DNA from: Candidatus Anderseniibacteriota bacterium
GTDB taxonomy: Bacteria > Patescibacteriota > JAUYIX01
Length of the DNA: 64,000 bases
Reading direction: 5' to 3'
Assembly: GCA_046350855.1 (NCBI GenBank)
Contig: JAXLZM010000001.1
Location: forward strand, 217,420 to 281,419
Part shown: piece by piece, positions 57,690 to 64,000 of the stretch
How the letters are laid out: each line of letters opens with the position of its first letter
Position numbering within the stretch: position 1 is the stretch's first letter
Program-made: the position numbers and the translations under genes
Notes under the pieces: model-generated
What the model saw: the letters and a program-made list of their open reading frames with translations, nothing else
The model's database searches: none
Told to the model about the DNA's origin: nothing

Positions 57690-60293
57690 ATGAAACACTA
57701 CTTCTCAAAAGGCGGGGCGGTTCTTTGTGCCGTCCTCAGTATTAGTTTTTATTTTGTCGCTTTGACGCCACGGGCGCAGGCGGCCCAATCAACCAGTTCA
57801 GCCGCGGGATATGTGGTACCCGGCATGAGTCGCGAGGCAAGCACGCAGCTCCTAGAGCGCCACGCTGCAGCTGAGGCTGCGAGTAGCGCGGGGGTCACTA
57901 GTAGCTCCGTCAGTGGTACAGGCTCGGTAGGAGCCTCGGCGGTACCGACACCGGATGTGACCGAGAAAAAGATTGCGGCCGCCTCGACCTACACACAAAT
58001 GAGTCAGCAAGCCACGGACAGTTCTGGTCGCGTCTTTGTAGTTTGGCAGGATACGCGCAACGGCGGCTCGTCGATTTTGTTCAGCCGGACCCTCGATCAC
58101 GGCCAAACCTGGAGCGCTATCAAACGCCTCGATCGTAGCTCGGGTGCAGGCACGACCCAATTTGTTGAGATCGCGGCGGATGATTTTTGTAACGTCTACG
58201 TTGGCTGGAACGACTTTAGGAACGTCGCCGACGGACAACCGTTTGTAGCGGTCTCACATGATTGTGGTGACACCTGGAGTGCTGCAAAGAGACTCTCAGC
58301 GGCTTCGGTTGCTCAGGACAGCTCCTTTGATATGGCGGCCCGTAACGGCGGACAGATCTTTGTGGTTTGGGGCGACTCACGCAATGACGACGTCGGTGGG
58401 TTACTGCGTACCGAGATCTACAGCATCGTCTCTAACGACTTTGGTGCGACTTGGCAGACCGAGAAAAAAATCAGTGACCAAGCGCCAACCACGACGGATG
58501 ATTATGGCCCGATCACAACTTGGGCCCAAGATGGCGGATTAGTTGTGGCGTGGCTGTCTAACCGCAATGGCCCAGGCTACGACCTCTATGAGGCGCGTTC
58601 GGCCAATGGTGGTTCGACCTGGTCGGCCGATGCTCGGCTCAATACCGAGGCAGCCGGCACGGTTGCCGTACCTGCCTATGGACTCTGCGCGGATCGGGAG
58701 CATGTGTTTTTGAGCTACACAATCGGCACGGGTTCACCTTTTGATGTCAAAGCACGCACCTCGCATGACTTTGGCAAAACTTTTGCAGCACCTGTGACGA
58801 TTAACGGTACTCTCGACACACTCGGCAACGGCCAAGCGCTTGACTGTGCGGGTGACCGTGCCGTGATCGCCTTTGATGGTGGAACTGCCGGCAGCATGCT
58901 GGACGATGTTCGTGTCAGTACCACCGAGGATGGCGGCGCGACCTGGAGTTCTGCCAAAAAAGTGGATGTGGATGACGCAAGTAACAGCGGTAATAATCCG
59001 GTCGACATCACAACCAGCATCACGGCCCAGGGTGACGTAGTGGTCGGGTTTACGGATGGTCGCGGTGGAACAACACACGGCTACTTTAACTACTCACCGG
59101 ATGGTGGCACCTTGTGGCTCTCGCACGAAAAACGCTTTAACAGCTTTACGGGCTCACACACGGTCTTGTTAAGCCGCGAGTTGGGCGTCTTGCTCTCAAC
59201 GCCAGAAGATGGCGCTGGGGCCGGTAGTGACCTGGGTGCACACGCCTGGATTACCTACGATGATAACCGTGCGGATGCGCCAGGTATGTACTCGGCTCGC
59301 ATCGACTTTGACCACGCCAGCACACCGCTTGTGCGTCTCTCCGGGGATAATCGCGTCGAGACCGCTTTGGAGATTAGTCAGGATAGTTTTCCCACCGATG
59401 GCAGTGCCACTGCGGTAGTGGTTGCCACGAGCAAGAACTTTCCGGATGGTCTCGCAGGTGGCCCTTTGAGTGTTATGGCTGGTGGTCCACTCCTGCTGAC
59501 CCCAGGCGACAGTCTCGATGCTGCTGTAGCGGCGGAGATTACACGCCTCTTTGATGGACAAGACGATACCGGTACGGACGTCTACATCTTGGGTGGCGAT
59601 GCCGCGATTGATCCCTCGGTAGAGGCCGCTATCGCTGCACTCGATTCTAAGCTCGATATCAAACGCCTCGAGGGGACCGATCGTATCGCGACGGCCCTCG
59701 CGGTTGCGGATGAACTCACGGACTTGCGTGGTACTGGCCCGGTACAGCTGGTTTTGGCTAACAGCCAAAACTTCCCGGATGCCTTGAGCGCCAGCGCGGC
59801 TGCCTCGAGTAGCATCGTGGAGCCCGGACTTATGCCGATCTTACTCAACCCAACCGCCGCACTCGACTCGCGTGTCTCAACCTACTTGAGCGATAACGTC
59901 GGCACGGTCCTGATGGTCAATGTCGTCGGCGGAACTTCGGTCATCTCAGACGCAACCTTTACCACTACGGACGCGATTATCCCGGCCACCCGTTACGGCG
60001 GAGTGAACCGCTACGACACGGCCAACATCTTTAACACGGCTATGTTTACGGGTAGCAAAGCACCCACCTCGATCGGGGTCGCCAGTGGCGAAAAATTCCC
60101 AGATGCGTTAACCGGTGGTGCCCACTCGGGTCGTCTCAATCGCCCACTCGTCTTGGTCAAACAAAACGACGTGCCGGATGAGTCAACCGTCTACGTCGAA
60201 GACAACGCTGCTACCATCGAAGGCGGCCATGTCTACGGCGGAACCTCCGCGGTCTCCGATGCGGTTAAGACTTTTTTGGAGGCGCTCTACTAG
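57690..60293 (+). CDS. Surface protein: BNR/Asp-box beta-propeller plus three cell-wall-binding-2 (CWB2) repeats
   Basis: About 7 Asp-boxes (S/T.D.G.TW); RLSGDNRVETA, RLEGTDRIATA, RYGGVNRYDTA, each followed by FPDG/AL. Confidence 0.88.
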   Translation: MKHYFSKGGAVLCAVLSISFYFVALTPRAQAAQSTSSAAGYVVPGMSREASTQLLERHAAAEAASSAGVTSSSVSGTGSVGASAVPTPDVTEKKIAAASTYTQMSQQATDSSGRVFVVWQDTRNGGSSILFSRTLDHGQTWSAIKRLDRSSGAGTTQFVEIAADDFCNVYVGWNDFRNVADGQPFVAVSHDCGDTWSAAKRLSAASVAQDSSFDMAARNGGQIFVVWGDSRNDDVGGLLRTEIYSIVSNDFGATWQTEKKISDQAPTTTDDYGPITTWAQDGGLVVAWLSNRNGPGYDLYEARSANGGSTWSADARLNTEAAGTVAVPAYGLCADREHVFLSYTIGTGSPFDVKARTSHDFGKTFAAPVTINGTLDTLGNGQALDCAGDRAVIAFDGGTAGSMLDDVRVSTTEDGGATWSSAKKVDVDDASNSGNNPVDITTSITAQGDVVVGFTDGRGGTTHGYFNYSPDGGTLWLSHEKRFNSFTGSHTVLLSRELGVLLSTPEDGAGAGSDLGAHAWITYDDNRADAPGMYSARIDFDHASTPLVRLSGDNRVETALEISQDSFPTDGSATAVVVATSKNFPDGLAGGPLSVMAGGPLLLTPGDSLDAAVAAEITRLFDGQDDTGTDVYILGGDAAIDPSVEAAIAALDSKLDIKRLEGTDRIATALAVADELTDLRGTGPVQLVLANSQNFPDALSASAAASSSIVEPGLMPILLNPTAALDSRVSTYLSDNVGTVLMVNVVGGTSVISDATFTTTDAIIPATRYGGVNRYDTANIFNTAMFTGSKAPTSIGVASGEKFPDALTGGAHSGRLNRPLVLVKQNDVPDESTVYVEDNAATIEGGHVYGGTSAVSDAVKTFLEALY

Positions 60294-60352
60294 AGAGCCG
60301 ACGATCTGCTCACGCACGCTGTACGCGTACAGCGTGCGTCAAGCAAACGACT

Positions 60353-60380
60353 ACGGCGGCCTCTCGGCCGCCGTTTTTTT
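60353..60380 (+). terminator. Intrinsic terminator
   Basis: ACGGCGGCC-UCUC-GGCCGCCGU followed by a U tract. Confidence 0.75.
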
Positions 60381-60491
60381 GGCGTTCATTCTTGTAGCAC
60401 TAACCATGGGTTCACAACTGCAAAAAAGGGTTGTGCTCTTATGACAGGGGCCTATACTAAAAATACGTTAACACGATAAAGTGGAGGACTT

Positions 60492-60743
60492 ATGATCTGG
60501 CAAGCAATTATCTTTTTAGTGATCGGTGCTCTAGCTGGTTGGCTAGCAGGCGTAGTCGTGCGAGGGGCTGGCTTTGGACTGCTTGGTAACATCATCGTCG
60601 GTATCATCGGCGCACTGGTCGGTGGCTTTGTCTTTCGCCTGTTTGGGTTCGACCCGACGTATGGATTTATTGGGTCGGTCATTACCGCTACGATCGGCGC
60701 GATTATCGTGCTCGGGATCGTAGTGCTCGTTAAACGCGCATAA
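60492..60743 (+). CDS. GlsB/YeaQ/YmgE (transglycosylase-associated) membrane protein
   Basis: IGALAGWLAG...GFGLLGNIIVGIIGALVGG...ATIGAII. Confidence 0.9.
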   Translation: MIWQAIIFLVIGALAGWLAGVVVRGAGFGLLGNIIVGIIGALVGGFVFRLFGFDPTYGFIGSVITATIGAIIVLGIVVLVKRA

Positions 60744-60811
60744 TGAAGGGCGCAAAAAAGAAACGCTAACGAGCGTTAGCTCATAGGTATTTGCTTAACG
60801 TAGGAGACTTC

Positions 60812-61951
60812 TCAGTCGCCTACGTTAAAGTATTTTTTATTTTTGATCTTGTCGGGGAGGTAGCTTGTGTCGGTGTACATCTGGTAGCCCTTGTGGTAGC
60901 CGAGGTCTTGCATGAGCTTGGTGGGTGCGTTACGCACGGCCAGTGGGATCGGCAGGTTGCCATATTTTTTTACGTCCGCAGCCGCTGCGCCGTAGGCCTC
61001 GTAGGCGCTGCGGTTCTTTTTAGCCCGCGCAAGATAGGCTGTACCGTGAGCTAAATTGATGGCTGCCTCGGGTAAGCCGATGGTCTCAACCGCTCTAAAA
61101 ACTTCGTTTGCCACCACCAAGGCGGTGGGTTGTGCCAAGCCAACGTCCTCGGAGGCAAAGATCACCATTCGACGGGCGATACATTTGGGGTCTTCTCCAG
61201 CATCGATCATACGAGCCAAATAATACAGCGCTGCGTCTGGTTGGCTCGCACGCATACTTTTAATAAAAGCGCTGATGGTGTTGTAGTGTTCGTCCCCTTT
61301 TTTATCAAAACGCAAAAACTTGTTTTGCACAGTATTTTTGAGCGCCGCTACATCGACTTTTTTGTACAGGTTAGCGGCGTTTTCTAGGACGGTGATGGCT
61401 TGGCGGGCATCCCCGTTGGCAAGCTGGATCAGCCACTCTCGGGCGCTTTGCTCGAGCGTGATGCCGGTGCGGGTAATAATCTCTGCCATCTCAGGGCTAG
61501 AGAGCTCGTTGAGAACAAAAACCCGACAGCGTGAGAGCAGTGCGGGGATTACCTCAAAGCTTGGGTTCTCGGTGGTGGCACCAATCAAGACTAGGTCGCC
61601 GCGTTCGACATAGGGGAGCAAAAAATCTTGCTGGGCTTTGTTAAAACGGTGAATTTCATCCAAAAATAGCACTTTGGGACCGTTACGCAGGGTCTGATCC
61701 TCGACGATTTGCTTGATGTCAGCTTTACCGGCTGAGACCGCGGAGAGTTCAAACAGTTTGGCTTTGAGTGAGGCTGCGTAGAGTTTAGCAAGGGTCGTTT
61801 TGCCAACGCCGGGTGGGCCCCACAAAATAAACGAAAAAACATGCCCCTGCTCGATGGCAATGCGTAAGGGTTTATCCGGACCAACTAAGTGCCGTTGGCC
61901 TACAAACTCTGAGAGCTGTGTCGGTCGTATTTTAGAAGCGAGAGGTTCCAT
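60812..61951 (-). CDS. rarA: Replication-associated recombination protein A (MgsA)
   Basis: PLASKIRP, WGPPGVGKTT, LDEIHRFNKAQQD, GATTENPSF, ISAFIKS, ASEDVG. Confidence 0.95.
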   Translation of the reverse strand: MEPLASKIRPTQLSEFVGQRHLVGPDKPLRIAIEQGHVFSFILWGPPGVGKTTLAKLYAASLKAKLFELSAVSAGKADIKQIVEDQTLRNGPKVLFLDEIHRFNKAQQDFLLPYVERGDLVLIGATTENPSFEVIPALLSRCRVFVLNELSSPEMAEIITRTGITLEQSAREWLIQLANGDARQAITVLENAANLYKKVDVAALKNTVQNKFLRFDKKGDEHYNTISAFIKSMRASQPDAALYYLARMIDAGEDPKCIARRMVIFASEDVGLAQPTALVVANEVFRAVETIGLPEAAINLAHGTAYLARAKKNRSAYEAYGAAAADVKKYGNLPIPLAVRNAPTKLMQDLGYHKGYQMYTDTSYLPDKIKNKKYFNVGD

Positions 61952-62041
61952 AGGACTATTAGCAAAATGCGAGGGATGGTTCCCCCGCACTACCGCTACT
62001 CTATGGGTTTGAACGATAGGTGTCAAAGCACAGACCTCGGC

Positions 62042-62239
62042 TTAGCGACGCGACCGTCGTCTGCGGCGCGGAACTTTTTGTCCCTTACGACGCGCCTCGG
62101 AGAGCGCAATCGCGATAGCTTGCTTGCGAGATTTGACTCGCCCAGCTTTACCTCCACGACCGCTCTTGAGCGTGCCGCGCTTGTACCGATGTAGAGCGCG
62201 TTTGACGTTGCGCTGAGAGACTTTGCCGTAGCGTGCCAT
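62042..62239 (-). CDS. Small basic DUF6496-like protein
   Basis: YKRGTLKSG...VKSRKQAIAIALSEAR. Confidence 0.8.
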   Translation of the reverse strand: MARYGKVSQRNVKRALHRYKRGTLKSGRGGKAGRVKSRKQAIAIALSEARRKGQKVPRRRRRSRR

Positions 62240-62484
62240 ACGTTTAAAAATTAACTGATTAGCCCCCTTAGTCTAACAGCCAGCTGTGATACAGTTGTGC
62301 TATGTACTGGACTATTGGCGGAGTCGCCGTTGCACTCCTTATCCTGTTTGTGATCCTCAAACTGAGCGCACGGCTAGCCAAGATCTTTCTCTTTTTGCTC
62401 GTCTTAGCACTCTTGGCGGGTGCCGGTTGGTATTACTTTTTGCGCTAACGAGGGCCTTACGCACTAGAATTGCGCGCTAGCGCG

Positions 62485-64000
62485 CTAAAGCGCTACAACC
62501 GTCGCAACCATGTCGATGCTGTAGGAGTCGGCCGGCTGGTCCTCGGGGATTTGCTGTGACACATCGATGCCCTGGATATCCCAATGACACTGGATCTCGG
62601 CCGTTCCGCCTGCATTAGTGAGAGCGATCGAGTCGGTCACGCCCTCATTAAAGGCATCGGCAGAACCTCCGGTCAAACCGGTGGTGGTGCAACCAGAACC
62701 CGCAGTAATACTTTGGCCACTTGGATCCAGACTCATTTGTCCACCGTACGTATCCGCATCGCCATTGTCGGAGCAACCGCTGGCCGTGGGGTCATTAAAG
62801 TCAAAGGCGTTACCAGCATCAGTCCACGCGTCGGTCGGGCCGCCGCTGGGTTCAACCGAGAGCGACCAGGACGGGTTGGCCGTGGTGTTTGTCACCCGAA
62901 TTTTTTGAGTTGAGACCCCAAACGTTCCGGTGGTGTTTTGGCAATTAAACTGAACTGTCCCAGCCGAAAGTGCCACGGAGGGGCTTGGCACCGATACACC
63001 GGAGCCATCCACTATGTCGACCGTCAGGATTCCATCGTTAGTGGCAATCTCAGGAATAACGCCGTAGCTGCTCAACAACCCTCCAGTTTTATCGACCACC
63101 CTAAAACAATACGAGACGGACGGCGCGGCCGAATAATCCACCAGCGCAAAGTCCCAAAGTCCGTCCTGCGAGGAGTCGACCTGACTTTGCGAGGTAGTAA
63201 AGCTGTTTTCTTCTTCGTAGGTTTGGTAGACGATCTCATCGGCGCCATGCGTTGGATCAGCCGCGTTGAGCGTCGCAGCATCGCCATCCGTAGGTGTCGG
63301 GTTATCGGCAAAACGGATATCACCAGTAACCGTATTGACAGCGCCATAGCTTTCGCCACTAAAACCAGTATCACAGGTGCCCGACCGCTCGGCGACTTGC
63401 AGATCAAAGTCCACAGCATTTGCGCCGAGTGTGTCATTATCGACGTGTAAGAGCAGACGCAGTCTAAAGGGTGTCCCTTGTGTGGGTGCTGTCGCGGGCG
63501 TGTCTTGCGCCGCGAGGGCCGACCCTACATCGGTCGAGTCATCGTTAGCAAACCAGCGGTAGGCTGATTGCGTTTCGGTTGGACCAAACCAGTTAGTCGT
63601 GCCACTACCCTTGATCGAGTTAGCTGGGTTGAGCGGCACGGTCACGCCCGAGGAGTTGTCCGTCACAGTGCTATCTGAGACATCCAGATAATCGCCTGTA
63701 AACGTGGATGAACCGCTAAACTCCAAACCACTTGCCGTCCCAGGTGAACTCGAGACGATATTGATGCGATCAGTGCTATCTAATCCATCGAGGGTAAGGC
63801 TGTTAGCGATCGTAATCGTAGTGCTGACCGGCATGGTGAGGATACTGTCGGTCGCGTTATTAGTGCTCTCGGTTTTGGAGAGCGTATAAAAGGTCGTCGC
63901 AGGCGTTGAGATAGTTTGGTTGACCCCGTCTAAAATGATCGAGCCGTTGTTGTGGGTAAAAGTCGTGCCTGAGTCACGGCTGATGTTCTCCCCAATGGTC
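62485..64000 (-). CDS. Large surface protein (5' part outside the window) with a C-terminal WxL-like domain
   Basis: The frame stays open to the window edge (FTHNNGSIILDG beta-repeat). The last ~180 aa are clearly paralogous to 55691-56392. Confidence 0.8.
   Translation of the reverse strand, partial: TIGENISRDSGTTFTHNNGSIILDGVNQTISTPATTFYTLSKTESTNNATDSILTMPVSTTITIANSLTLDGLDSTDRINIVSSSPGTASGLEFSGSSTFTGDYLDVSDSTVTDNSSGVTVPLNPANSIKGSGTTNWFGPTETQSAYRWFANDDSTDVGSALAAQDTPATAPTQGTPFRLRLLLHVDNDTLGANAVDFDLQVAERSGTCDTGFSGESYGAVNTVTGDIRFADNPTPTDGDAATLNAADPTHGADEIVYQTYEEENSFTTSQSQVDSSQDGLWDFALVDYSAAPSVSYCFRVVDKTGGLLSSYGVIPEIATNDGILTVDIVDGSGVSVPSPSVALSAGTVQFNCQNTTGTFGVSTQKIRVTNTTANPSWSLSVEPSGGPTDAWTDAGNAFDFNDPTASGCSDNGDADTYGGQMSLDPSGQSITAGSGCTTTGLTGGSADAFNEGVTDSIALTNAGGTAEIQCHWDIQGIDVSQQIPEDQPADSYSIDMVATVVAL

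Overview
64 kb of bacterial chromosome, genetic code 11, roughly 55% GC by eye. Gene content and small hypothetical families point to a Patescibacteria (CPR) genome; this is inference. The main feature is a complete diversity-generating retroelement (DGR) right after infC-rpmI-rplT. It comprises a reverse transcriptase (RT, 1835-2895, -), avd (2899-3285, +, inverted relative to the rest), a template repeat (TR, 3296-3430, -) and a target gene (3776-4633, -). Its variable repeat (VR) differs from TR at 28 positions, 26 of them TR adenines. The RT is split by a perfect (AC)16 microsatellite; losing one unit restores a 352-aa RT, suggesting a phase-variable ON/OFF hypermutator. Caveat: neighbouring essential genes (infC, rplT) carry homopolymer frameshifts that look like sequencing errors, so the exact repeat count needs read-level checking. 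The rest of the window holds a ~20 kb Wzm/Wzt surface-glycan locus, efp with a non-canonical tip loop, an oxidative-stress cluster (sod, ahpC, trxB, msrB, msrQ-like), a Bd0055-like bacterial histone, typA, znuABC with zur, rarA, a WxL/DUF916-like surface system and a BNR+CWB2 surface protein. There are also two candidate ncRNAs, widespread leaderless promoters, and boxA-like motifs in front of accessory genes. No tRNA, rRNA or CRISPR array was seen.
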